From Gracilinanus agilis (Eukaryota): a DNA stretch of 64,000 bases. Where the stretch lies: assembly GCF_016433145.1 (NCBI RefSeq), contig NC_058131.1, positions 574,676,082-574,740,081 of the forward strand, written 5' to 3'. Shown piece after piece: positions 12,011 to 25,160 of the stretch. The position numbers and the translations under genes were made by a program. Below the pieces are notes generated by a model. The model searched no databases, was not told the origin of the DNA, and saw nothing but the letters and a program-made list of their open reading frames with translations. Every line of letters begins with the position of its first letter. Within the stretch, counting starts at the first letter, position 1.

Positions 12011-13713
12011 TATGTTTAGATGTGAACCCACATTATGTACACTACATGTAACATAAGATACAGACATTCTTTGCTTCCCATAAATATAATATATATGCCA
12101 TGGGATGATTTATCCCTTGCAAAGGAACACACTCATTTCATTATATTTTGGTAAACTTGTACATTAATTTTATGTATGTGTGTGTGCGTGTGTGTGTATG
12201 TTTTGCATATGTGATATAGAATTTTCCATAACAGACTATATTGGTATCAAAACCTTAGCTTATAGAGATAGAAAAGTTGAAAGTTCCATCAAAATATTCA
12301 CTATGAAAGAACTACTTTTCCTATAAACATTGTCAAGAATAAAGGAATAGATGATCCTTAGAATCAGCTTAGCTATTTGAGATATCTATAGATCTTCTCA
12401 AATTTTTTTTCTAGCTTTTATCCAGACCTTTTTGAATTTCATATGCTAATCACTACTACTCTCATCATAGTGGCCAATCTATCTTACTTAAGAAAATTAT
12501 AGGATGCCACTATGTCCTAACTTTTGAACTTCTGTAGGAAGATTTTTAGAGTAACCATTATTCCAAGATCATTCTGTGTAATTGTTTAGATCACCTTATA
12601 TATTTCCTTAATGAATACAGCTGTGGTATCACTTGCCATAAAAGCTTATCTTGGGCAAAGTGTGTGTTTTGCTTTGTGTTGAGAGTCTAATAATGCCTTG
12701 CTGCTTTGGCAGTTTTGAGACTTTAGAGCTTTACCAACATGTATTTAATTTTGGAATACTCACTCATGTTATAGTATGGAATTGAAAGAAACAACATTGC
12801 TTTGTCTTTCCTTTATCATTTTACAAAAATGAAAGACTGATTTCTCCCTTTCCTCAAGACACATGATATAGATATTGATTTGATGATTTTTATATGGGAG
12901 TAACTTTAGTTCAGGGTAAAATAAGGAATCTTGGTGATCTATTGACTTGTATGGAGCAGACATGGGTCCCTTTTTTACAGAAAATAAGTGAGTTTGGTTC
13001 TTAGATCCTTCCCTAGTGAAGATTATTGCGATTATGCTTATAGTAGGCTTAATCAAAATTAAGGTCCATTATCATCCCTTTTTGAGTCAGTCAGCTGTTA
13101 CTGACTTGAAGCCAGTTCATCTGGAATCTTTTTCATATGCTTAGTAGAAGAAACACTAACTCACAGCTTCTCCCACACACTCATCAAGAGCTAACAGAAC
13201 AGTGAGATTCCAATTTTTCATCTCAGAGTAACCATAAAGTTAACCTGGTAGCATTTTGTAAGGTCTAAGTGTCCTTGTTTTCTTGTTGGGAGCCAGAAAC
13301 AATGTTTAGACTGCTTTAGTTTCCTCTCAGCAACATCATTTGGTCTATCCTCAATAGTCCAGATTCCTTTCTATTTCCTAACAGCAGGCTTTCCTTAAAA
13401 GCTCATCCCCACCTCCCCTTTTTGCCCCATCCTTAACTGAAATTTTATTGTTTCAGTGCTTGTGCCAGGTACTAACTGTCCGTTCTCTTTGAAAACATCC
13501 ACTCAGTAACCTCTGCCTCCCCCTCACTTGCTTTCTCTTCCTTCTCCTCAAGGAGGAGTTAGGCTAAAATCAGATGTGCATTGCATGTTTGCATGGCTCA
13601 CAGTAACTCACTTCCATCTCACCTCTGTGAACTAATCTTTCTTTCTCTCTTTCTCTCTTTTTCTCTCTCTCTCTTTTCCTTTCTGTGTTTTTCTCTTTAC
13701 ACACTCTCTGTAG

Positions 13714-13737
13714 CTGCCTGAAAATGCTCAACTTGTG
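13714..13737 (+). CDS. CSNK1G1: Candidate 24-nt microexon of CSNK1G1 (EEAK-CCC becomes EEAN-CLKMLNLW-CCC)
   Basis: Branch-like CTAAT at 13632-13636, then an AG-free pyrimidine tract of ~75 nt, TAG|ctgcctgaaaatgctcaacttgtg|GTGAGT. It is frame-preserving (phase 2-2) with no stop and resembles the recalled CSNK1G3 NCQKVLNMW insert. Confidence 0.72.
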
Positions 13738-14467
13738 GTGAGTCCCTCTCTCCAGTCTACATGCAAGGGGAGCGGACCAGACTAGACTGGGATTGGCAAA
13801 ACCAAACAAAAGTGACTTAGGAAAACTGAATTGCTTCAAAATGCCACCCTGTGCCATAATTATCCAATCTGGGGAATTATATCCACAAGGTGGGGATGGG
13901 GGTAAACAAAGAAGGCCTAAACCCAGAAATTAGGCTGTCCTGTGTATGCATTCAAAACCCATCCCTCTAAAAAATTTTTCATTCCTTTTTTGGCTTAGTA
14001 TATTATATTGCCCAGTCCCTCCCCCCAATTAACATGACCAGATAATGTCAGAAGGAGATGGACAGAGTTGGGGAGTCATAACTGCTACGTCTCCCCCCCA
14101 AGGGATTATTCCTCACAACAAAGGAATTCAAAATTATAAGGATGATGCCTTACTTAAATGATCTCAAATGATGTCATGGTCTCTAGCAGAGAAATGAACT
14201 TCTTTGAAAAAAAATCTGTAGCTTCTGTTGTTTGTCAACAGGTTCCACTCTCTAGGAGTTTTTGTGAGTTCTCTGACTTAATTGAGAAGAGTATGACCCA
14301 AGTATTGATTCTCTGAGGGATACCTACGAGGGGAGGAAAGGACAATTTTGTTTAATGACTCTGTCTCTATAAGATCACAGAACATTTAGTCAAGAAGTAA
14401 TTCAGGTGGAGTAAGCTGCTAAAATACTGAACCCTAGCCTTTTTGTGCTAAGCAAAATATCCTAGAA

Positions 14468-14895
14468 GAGTGATGGCGAACTTTTTAGAGATGATGTGTT
14501 GGGCCCTGCCACCCTTCTTCCCCTTACCCCACACAGGAGAAGGGAAAAGCTCTCCCATTGGGCTGCTGGACAGAGGGGTAGACAAAGTGAGAAATGTCCT
14601 CATTGAGTATAGAGGGGGAGAGGAGTGCTCCAGGTGCTCTGCTTCCCTCCAGCTCTGCCACCTGTGAGCCACCCACCTTACTCCCTGTGGATTCCCAATG
14701 GACTGCTGGGCAGAGGAGTGAAGAATGTGAAAAAATGTCATCAGGCACGGTGGAGAGGAGGAAGGGAGCAGCTCTGCCCAAGTCCCTCTGCCTTTCTAGT
14801 AACATCCTGGAGGAGCGGAGGGATAGGTGGCTGTGCCCACAGAGAGTACTCTGTGTGCCATCTTTGGCACCTATGCCATAGGTTCACCATTACTG
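14468..14895. mobile_element. Non-autonomous hAT DNA transposon (MITE), OposCharlie1/OC1-like
   Basis: Perfect 8-bp TSD TCCTAGAA at 14460-14467 and 14896-14903. TIRs gagtgatggcgaactt / aggttcaccattactg match at 12 of 16 positions. Confidence 0.88.
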
Positions 14896-16364
14896 TCCTA
14901 GAATTTATGATAGGGAGTACCATACAGAATACATTAAGGGGTTGTCTGAAAAATATGGATATGCTAAAGAATCCATGTGTGGTGAGGAATGTTCCTACTG
15001 AGTCGTAGGGTGGCCTTCCTACCTACCAGCCTTCTCCCTGGACATTGCCTGAAATCCTCCCAGCCTCTCCTGAGCTTGTCTGTCTGTTGTAGTCTGGGGT
15101 TGTATCTCTTCCACATTGTCTGCATGCATAGGGGGTCACATTCCGTATAATGGCCACACCCTTTGGACTGCTTTGTTTTTGCTTGTGTTCATTGACCAAT
15201 CTGGGCATCCTCTCCTGAACCCTGAATGACCAAGCCAACTGAAGAACCATGTTGGCCAGGAAATGGGGGGGGGTCCCTTTAAGGAGAAGGGGTGGGAGTA
15301 ATAATGAAATACAAAAATGGGTATTTTGAAGGTAGAAATCTTACTTTTGGGACATGCATGAGTGAATTTGACCCCTTTTTTTCTGAGCAGATAAATGTTT
15401 GTAAGTCTGACTTTGTCATGTTCCATCTCTCCCTTGAGATGTCAGTCATATTTCTCTGAATCAGTAAATGAGCAAATATTTTTACTACCTTTAGTTTGCC
15501 CAACATGGTGCTAGGTGCACAATAAAATAGGTAAATGGATATTTTATATTTCTCAATCCTCAAGGAGCTTACAGTCAGCTGAAAAATCATATTCATGAAA
15601 AGCCAACCAATGATATAAGGCAGTAAAAAAGTACCAGAGGAATGATATAAACAGTAAATGCTATGGAAGGTCAGGACGGGAAGAGGCCACTAGAGTAAGG
15701 TTTCACAGGAGCTAAAACTGGAGCTGGGCATTGAAAGAAATGGATAAGTAAGGTAGAGAGGAGCTGTGAGGAGTATTCCCAGGCTCCATGAGAGAGTGGA
15801 AATGGACAGTGAGTAAAGTTGAAGAATAATAGATTTAGTGCTTGGAAAGGCCTTTAGAAATGATCTAGTTTCCCTCATTTTACAAAGAAAGAAACAGGGG
15901 CCCACATAAACTGTGACTTGCCCTAAGTGACACAGATAATAAGGAAATAAGTCAGAATTTGATCTTGGAGCCGCTGACTCCATATCCATCCCTCTTTCTG
16001 TTAAATCGTGGCTTAAAAACCTGGGGAAACTTATTTCAGCTTGCAATTAACAAGGCTGGTTGGAGTCTGGCTTGACTTATTTGGGACCTAAAGCTGTTGG
16101 TATGATCTTTGAGGCACAGAGTACTGAGAGATTTAGAGAGACTCAAACCTAGCCTCCTCATTCTTTTCTGAGACTTGGTAATATCTACATGAAGTGATTT
16201 AGTGATATTCAGCTTAATATCCAATAAGTATTCTCCACTCTCCTAATTAACTCCTTTGCTAGGTGTGTCTACAGAAATAAGGAATAGAAAAACAGATTGT
16301 GGGGAGTAGTCTCCCATAGGGTGATGTGGTGATGATGGTGATAATAATAATGTATGTATACTAC

Positions 16365-16570
16365 ATAATAGAGCTTTGAGATTTTCAAATGCTTTTCAAA
16401 AGTATCTCAATATTTTTTTGATCACAGTAACCATGGGAGGTAGGTACTGTTGATGAGGGAAAATGAGGCTGAGATTTAAATGACTTATCCAGGTTCATAC
16501 AACTAGTGTTTCAAGGCTGAATTTGAACCCAGGTCTTCCTGTCTCCAGGTCCAGCACTCTATCCAGTGAT
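16365..16570 (-). mobile_element. MIR/CORE-type SINE
   Basis: gaaaatgaggctgagatttaaatgacttatccagg...tttgaacccaggtcttcctgtctccaggtccagcactctatcc. Confidence 0.75.
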
Positions 16571-18627
16571 GATTTTTTTTAACAATGCATATTACATCTT
16601 CATTAAATAGACAATATAAGTACAATCCATGTATTCAAATTCAGTAACTTAGCCATGCCGCTCTGCTCTACAGATAGTTGATTTCAGCATCAAAACATTA
16701 GGTCATAATATACCAGTTAGATGAGATCTGATAAACAATTTATGAAATATCTTGTGGCTTTTTTCATCTTGTGGCCAAATATCATTAATCTCCCTGAAAA
16801 TTATGGTTAACAGGGCCATTAAAATGTTAACTCCTTGCAACTTAAATTGTCTTATTTTAACTAACTTTTGGATGGTCACACATTTCCTTATGCTTGTGTT
16901 TAAGTCCAGAAAACAAATGCTAATATTTGCTTACATCCTTTGTTGACACATGATTGATCTTACAGTCAGCCTTTGCAAAGCATTAAATAATCAAAGACTG
17001 ATAATTATTTTAAAATGTTTATTAAAAGCCTATACATCCATGTTTTTCTGTGAACTTTTAAAAGTAAACTACAAATGTCCTTGATATACTACTTGCAGAA
17101 AATTTTTTGGAAGGACTCTAAAATCCTCTCATGTTCTTAATCAGTTTCTTACATTCAGATGGCTAGGTCTTATGCCTGACCAATTATTAATTTCCATTTC
17201 TAAGAATTTTTCTCTGTTATGGTTTTGAATATCCATTCCTTTGAGGGGGGAAAAGGTCTTAAGAGAGTTTTTTTTGTGTTTAATTAAGGTCCCTATATAG
17301 AAACTCCACATTGGTATGCTTAGAGATCATAAAAGTACAGCCTGTTATTTTTCAGTATGTACTTTTTACTTTCAAATATGTCAAATTTTAGGGAGTCCAT
17401 CCTAAGTTCAGAGTATTGTGAGGTCCTGTTTTACAGGAAAATTTGCATAATTTTTATTTCCAAGGTGTCTGAATGAAAAACAGGGTCTTAACAAGTCTGA
17501 GAGAGCCAAGCTTAATTACCCTTAAAGATTTTCTTTTAAGTTATTAAAAGTCTGAATTCTGTCTACTATATGATTTTCCCCCATTCCATGGGCAGTGTTA
17601 ATGGTCCTCTATTTCCACACCTGACATTTTCATTTTTCTGTGTAATCACCCCCCCTGAAAGGAACCTCCTCACCATTCCACTTCTGGACTTCTCATTCAC
17701 TGCAAAAATTGGCTTTCCTCTTTGTCCCTGCAACCAGGAAAACAAAGGACAGGGATGAGCCTCAGGCAAAGTGTATCTCATATGTTTAGCTCTATCAGTT
17801 GGCACTCTAAGGTTCAGCAAAGGAAGCTGGCCTAAATTCAGCATGGTGTTTCACCCTTAATCCTAAACATGACCAGTTGTTAAACACAATATTGAACATC
17901 AGCTAAAGTCTAGGAAAGGCTAATTTTTGTCTTGTTCGATGTCATTTAGTAACCACTTGTCAGACTAATGATCCCCAATAGATTTTAAACAGTGTTTTTA
18001 AGGCGTTCTTATTTTTTTTTCTTTGTTCACTATTAGTAGCATGCTCAAAGGCCCCCATTGTGAGCTGGAGCTTTTCCTGTTCTCTCTACCAAGAGGTTCT
18101 CGATTGTCCATTAGATTCCACAAGAGCTTCAAGCATCTGCTTTCACTGGGATTTGTGTGCCTCGAGTCACTCCTTGCCAATAGTGCCTGTAGACGGTCCA
18201 TGTCACCAGTCTGAAGAGTTTTGCTGTTCAAAGAAAAAATGCAAGCAGGGTGTTGGGATGCAGCCCAGCAAATTCCCAGGCCTACTTTTGTTACAAAGAG
18301 AAGGCAAAAGGATTTTATCTTAAAGCTAAAATGAGTCACTAACCTTTCCCTCCAGGCCCTCTAAGTTCCTGGTGCTTAGTGTCCTGCCTTTACATTAGTG
18401 TTGAGGGGGTGGGGGTTGGGAATAGATTGGGTATTTTCAGATTGAGACAGAGCAGTCATGTCTCCAAGATTTCTTAGCAGTTACCCATCCTGCATGCTCT
18501 ATGTGGTGTGCTCCCATCCCCGTTATCAAGGGGAAAGAAGCCCACCACCCACAATTCAGAGGGTTGTAGTAGGTGTCTGCCAGGGCTCCAAGCCATCCAC
18601 TGACTTGTGCTGTCCTTTGTGCTCCAG

Positions 18628-18682
18628 GTGCTGCTGTTTCTTTAAGAGGAAAAGGAAGAAGACTGCCCAGCGCCACAAGTGA
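18628..18682 (+). CDS. CSNK1G1: CSNK1G1 last coding exon (g+CCCFFKRKRKKTAQRHK*), carrying the palmitoylation Cys cluster and basic tail
   Basis: Acceptor tgtcctttgtgctccag|; the first base completes AAG (Lys); TGA at 18680-18682. Confidence 0.96.
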
Positions 18683-21600
18683 CCAGTGCCTCCCAGGAGT
18701 CCCCTCCCCTCCCCCAAGCCCTGGGGACTCTTCAGTTGCACCTGCAGCTCCTGCCATTGCTTGTTAGAAAGGACTCCTCTCTGGGAGGAGAGTGGAAGAG
18801 GAGAGGGTGGAGATCAAAAACCAAAAAGAGAAGAAAACAGATGCCCCAAAGGAAGCCAGCATGGGGTTGGCCAGTGCTGAATCAGTTCACTGCTTAATTG
18901 CAAGCCCAAGCCAGAGGCTCTTTGTGGGATCCAGACTCCAGGCAGCTCCATCACTGCTTGCACTTGGGGCTGCCTAGTTGACTCTCCTTCCCATTGTTTA
19001 CAGTGAAGGTGTCATTCACAAAAACTTGACTACTATTCTCTTCCTCAGTTTACTCCTGTGCTCTGCCTTTCCTTCCTCCAGTGAAAAGACTAATAAGTAA
19101 AGGCTTTATATTCTAAAGGTAGGCTGAGAGGACCTTTCCCAGACAGGGTGGGCAGCTAACGAGTGGGAGAAAGGCAAGCCTGGAGTTGGAGAAAGATTTC
19201 CTCCACCTTCCAGGCTCCCATCAACAGAATTCTTCTTTTTATTCATCTGTGCTGCCACCGATCCCTGATCCAGCCATGGATTGCTGGTTCCTTCCCTGTT
19301 TCCCTCTCTACTTGTGATGCTACTATGCACACAAGCTGTGAGAAATTTGCAATCTACTGTCCCTGTAGAGTTGGTGTTCTTGGCTTTCTTGGTGAACAAG
19401 CGCTATTCTCCAAACAGTAATAGGACAGTGCAAATTATTTTGGAAAAAGAAAAATTGACCTTATTGCACTTTTAATTTTTTAATAACATGGCAGATGCAT
19501 ATTGTGTCTGATTATTTTGGGGTTTTACTTTTTCTTTGTGGAGGAGTGGGGCTAGTGCAGCCACTGAGGGAGAAACATGGGTCCAGAGGACATTCTCAAC
19601 ACAAGGATCTTGGTCTTCAGTACTCAGAAAAAAAGAAGCCAAACCTCAAGCCATCTGAATCATCTCACTCAGATTGGCAAGGTCTGTAAGGAGCCATACT
19701 TGAATTTCCAGTCCTACTTTTCAGCTATTGAATATATCCCTCCCAGAGCCTCATGACCTGACAGTTCGGAGGCCCTCACTTGCGTGCACATAAGACAAGC
19801 TAGGTTGGACCGAAGAGTAACTTCAGCTAGATGAATTATCATAAGAGAAGCAGATAACCAACCAGGAAATCAAAAATGTTATGCTTCTCACACAGCATGG
19901 GTCCTATCTGGCTAGATAACTGTGACTTTCAGAAGACATTGGGGTAAAATTGAAACAAGCACTACCACCCATTTCTGTGGAGAAAAAAAGAGGAAGAAAG
20001 CCAGCATGGCAAGGAGTGGACTTGTTCTTTGCCTTCTGACTATGGGATGAAACTGGGGATGTTTGTCAGCAGCTGAAACAAAGCCTGGAGTAGACCATGT
20101 CTGCTTACCAGACTGCCCTTGCAGCTCGACTGTAGACCATGTGATCTGCCTAACATAGCTAAGCTTATGTAGACCTCTCCAAGAAGGTCAATAAACCTAG
20201 CTAGCAGCAAAAAACAGTGTTGAGAAATGGAACACTGGAATAAATGGGCTAAGGCAAGATCGCTTGGTTCTGGAAAACCTTGGGGAAAAGGGAACTATAG
20301 GGAAAGATTTTAAATCACTTTGTCAATATATATAGCAGGGATAAGTGTAAGATGGGTGGGGACAGTGAGCCTAGACAGGTGACAGAGAACTTCAAGTAGA
20401 ACGATGAAGAAACTAGGTCTCCTTCCACCTGAAATACTCTGCACACCATCATTTCATGCTGACACACCACTGGGAAGGGGCTCAACTCTTCCACTTCCTG
20501 CGTGAACAGGGCATAATCTAGATTTAGTATTTTCATTCTAGATTTTCATTGGAATTCAGTGGCTTGACCAGACAATGATAAAAAAAAAAAAAAGTGATAA
20601 GATTCTGGCCTAGCATCCTAGATTATTGATTAGCAGAGGGCAGAGGAATTATTATCAGGGAAGGAAGGGTCTTATTTGGGGGAGGATGATGGGGAAAGAA
20701 ATATTCTCCCATCTTAGTCTCTTATTTGCAGAAGAGCTAGAGAAAGCTCTCTATGAAGGAAGGTGGCGTCCCTTGGTCTTATGATTTTGTCACATGAAAA
20801 TCCTGGTCTCCAAATTTGGGGGTGTACCTTTGAACTTACATGTGTGGAGATAGTTTCTAGTAGTTAGCCATTTTCTGCTACCAAGTCTCTCGTTGCCTTA
20901 CTTGAATGGAGCAGAAGCAGTGCTGGCTAGAGCCATAGTGGGGCTCCAGCTGCCCCAGGAAGACCTGGGCTGGGAGTTTAGCTTCACTGACTTCTTATTT
21001 GTGTAGCTCAGATAATAATTGTGATTTTTCTTTTTGTTTATTTAGCAAGAAATCTATCTGTATGTGAAATGCAGTGGTAGGGAGGTTCCCCGTTTCCTCT
21101 GTACCCCCCAGAAGACTTTGAATGTTTGGGACTTCACTTCCTTGCCCTGTTCCCTGGTGGTTATGCCCCAGTTTGTAAGACTTAGATGGCTTTGTGCTGA
21201 TTTTGAATTGGTGCATATGCAATTCCTTAACTACTCCTTCCTTATCCCTTCCCAAAGAAGGACCTGCCAAAAGGCACCCAGGAGAATTCTAGAAAAAGGG
21301 GCACATCCTAGAAGAGCCTGGTGTGGCCTGGCAATCTCAAACCTAACCAAGTGCCTCTCACCAAAAAAAAGTAAAGGCAGTGTCCCAGCCTTGCCTGGCC
21401 ACCAGGTAAACCCACCTGCAGATGTGTCTATGGTTTTTCTTGGGTCTCACATTTTTTTTTTGAAGGGATAGCTCTTGAAGGGTGGGATTTGAGTAGATGG
21501 AGGGGTTCCTTCCCAATGACCTATTCCTCTGATGCCCTCTGAAGATTTAGCTTTCATTAAAGAGGTGTAGAAATGAGGAGCCAGATCCCCAGCATTCTGA

Positions 21601-23293
21601 TAATGTTTCCTGCCTGCCTAGGGCCTTTGCTTCAGTGGGGTCACAGCACTGTCACTTGGAAGAAGCAACTAGACTCAGGAGTTTCAGGGTCTTCTGATAA
21701 AAAAAACAAAAACAAAATGGATTATAGGAGACCTGCATCCAGTGAATATTAGGAACAGCCTTCCCTGCATAGCTAGAGAAAGAGTTCTCAGAGACAAGTT
21801 AGCAGACAGCTACACCTCTACTTGTAAAACAGGGCTTCCTTTCATTCTAACCCTGTGATTGACTAGCAATGTGACCTCTAGGGAGACAATTCTTAATGTG
21901 TGAAATTCCAAAACTATTTGCGGTGATGATTTTGCTCTAATTCCATACTTCAGTAATCCAAACTCTAAATAAGTCATAATCGTTCCTGGCCATCAAGGAC
22001 TGATGAAAAACATTCATCCTTCAATTTAAGTTCAGGAAACTCCCATTGTTTACTTCAGCTGACCCTATACTATACTGCTGAAACTCACCTATGCATATGC
22101 AGATTGTTGTTAGTTACACCCTGAATAGATGGAGGTCATACTGGGATTCCATCATCATCTTTCCTAGTCCTAAGCTCCCTGGCTATACCCATTGACCCCA
22201 AAGAGGCTTCAATTGTTGTGTCTGAATCAGGTAAATGGCCCTGTTATTGGTTTGGCCAACAGAGTATTTTCCCCATGTTAGCAGGGCAGAGCTGGGAACT
22301 GTGTTGTAGCTCAAGTATGAAAAAATGAACCGTTCCATCACCGCTAGCCCTGTCTCCAGATCTGCTCTGGAGCTTCCCATGGACCAGGCAGATTTTCATT
22401 TCAGAGTGCCAGATGAGGTGAGATTCCCTGAACTAGAGCCCAGGAGACTGAGCAGCTTTTTCCTCCAGCAGTCAGCTTGCCTTTGTAATGGCTTCAGGGA
22501 ACAATATCTGGCTGCTTTCTGTCAAATGGGGCCAAGGAAAGGGAGAGTGCTTGTGCTTGGGGGGGGGGGGGGGAGGCTCACTTTCTGCCTGCTTTAGGCT
22601 CCCATAGAGAACTGACTAATGCAGGGGCAGGTAAAACAACAGCTTCAATAGACAGCCGTTATCGGGAGGATTCCAGCATGTGAGTAGTGATTGCTTATTT
22701 ATTCTCAGTATACTTGAAAACGCATTAAAGCATCTGCTGCCCATTAGCCAGAAAAGGTATCTCCTTTTAAAGCAGCTTCCAATATAGCTAAATGGAAAAG
22801 TACATATAATGCTCATTCAGTGTTGATTCTCAGTGTTAGTAACTGCTTTTTAACACCAAGAATATGCAGCACTTGGAACATTACTTCAAAGTGGTTACTA
22901 AGGATCACAGCCTTAATTTTTTTTTAAATGTTAAGACATAACCCCTCCTTCTTGCCCAATGAGCATGGCATGCATTTCTTAAAAGTACTGCTTCCAATAG
23001 AGTATCTCTCAAGAGGAACTTGCCTTCCCCCCCCCCCCTTTAATGTACCTCTATGCCTAGGCATGCTTATACTCTAGCCCTCCTTTGTTCCTTTCCTTCC
23101 ACTACCGCTAGCCATTTTTTCTTGGTCTCTCCCTTTCCTGCATTTAAGTCAGTTTTCCATACCAGGTTAGCCAGCCTGAATAGTATCCAATGTCAGAGTA
23201 GGAGATGGGCCAGGATTCCCTGGGTTTGAAGCATGTGATGCAGCCTTTGGGAAGCAGTTAGAATCCACCATGGCCAATACTGCCTCTTTTCTG

Positions 23294-23294
<1 letters not shown>

Positions 23295-23324
<30 letters not shown>
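23295..23324 (+). repeat. (GCT)10 / CTG trinucleotide repeat in the CSNK1G1 3'UTR
   Basis: Ten uninterrupted GCT units. Confidence 0.95.
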
Positions 23325-23329
<5 letters not shown>

Positions 23330-25160
23330 CAGTTACTATTTGACCCTCAAGGGGATCATTTCATACCCAAGGTGAAAAATGACCATGCCTAGGAGTCCAG
23401 AGAGTTGGAATGATTGCCTTGGTCTCCCTTTCTGCCATCAGTGTGTGCTTTAAAAACAAGGAAACAAACAAAAGGCACTGCCTTGTAGGAAGCTGCTTTT
23501 CCACAGAGAAACTAGGGCTCAGCCACCTGCACACAAGCCTTATGGATGGCTCCTAGGTCCCAGCCCCTACTAGGGTCTTCACCACGGAAGGATCAGTTAG
23601 GAATCTGAAGTGATTACTTTGGTTTTTATTTTATTGTTGCTTTTGTTTAAAGGAAAGGAAAATGTGGCCCTTTTGAGGGTACTTGAAGTTTTGAGCAGTG
23701 TTTTAACCACAAAGTAGGAATTTCAATGTACTTGACTAATTAAGCAGTCTTAAAACATTGGTATGTTTTCCTTAACTCCATTTCCAGGTAACTGAGTGCA
23801 AAAGAACTGGTTTCTTCGTTGTACTCAAAACAGTAGATAGATTTAAATTCCACTGAATATAGACAGTGGAAAGCATATTTTCTCCAATCCACCAGGAAAT
23901 CCACTCCAGTATTTGTGTATAGATCAGCCTATGGAGGAAAAAGTGAATGTGTATTTCATGTATTTCTAGTTTGATTTACCAAACTCATTGTTATAAAGAA
24001 ACCTCAGTTATCTAAACAAGATGTTTTTTCTTTCACTCCAGTAAAATTTCTGATGCCATCGTTATCTGCAAGGTGTCACATTAGAGAGGTGTCCCTGGTA
24101 GTATATGGGGGTGATCTGTAATCACCTTACTAACAAATAATTACCAGGAATGTGGTGATCTTGACAGTTGGCTTTCTTCTCTCCCACCCCTCCACTGTGC
24201 ACGTGACTTTTTCTTTTTCAATGTTCCTCTTCTTGAGCTCTAGACCAAATCCCAGGTCATCTCTTGCACAGAAAGCCTTTAAAAGGTTTGTCAGTCTGTT
24301 AGGAATGTCTCAGGAAAATGAGCCATTTCTCGGGGGGCAGGGAGGGGGGGGTAGGGGATGGAATTATATACTGACATGTGTATGTATATATGGTTTTCCT
24401 AACCCTACCTGCTTACAGCTCAAGCTGCTCTAAACTGTGTTCCTGAGTATTCTTGGAAGAAAACAAATGACAAATTAGTGCGGTGTGCTGATCCTGGTAA
24501 AGATTCTCATTTGTTGAAAGAAAGAAGAGTAACAGTAGAAAATATGTAGATGATACCAAAAAATATTCTAACCCCCAATGGAAAATAATATTAAGTCACA
24601 AATTCCCACTGGATATATTGCAAGCTATAATTTATTATATTATTATTTTGTCTATTTCTTTAACCTTTGCCCTTGTACTTTCAAGAGGGGATGTTGGGGA
24701 TATCGATTGCAACTTTTTTTTTTACTGTAAAATGTATAAATCAGCTGTGGAAATCATTTTTTAAATTGATATTGCGTGGATGTGTCTGATTCTTGTTAAA
24801 TGCCTTTTTGAGTTTTTTATCTTTTATTTGAAATATGTAATGCAATATTTTATTCATAAAACCCTGGCACTGGTCTCAAAGCTCAGCTGTGAAAATGAAA
24901 CTTGTAGTATTTTTTAACATGAATGTCAATTTAAAGTGTATTTGAAATGGTTCTACCGGGATAAGGGCTTATATACCACTGGGAAAAGCTCCTCTGAGGG
25001 GGGAGTGGCTTTCTTTGGAGAACATGGGTCCTGATATCTTTGTCTCTGAATTGCCCATTTCCTAGGGCAGCAGGAGAAACACAAATGTGATCTTAAAAGT
25101 ACACCTCTTCTCCACTTTTGGGAGGGGAAGGGACTCAGTTTGCACCCTTTTTGTATGTAA

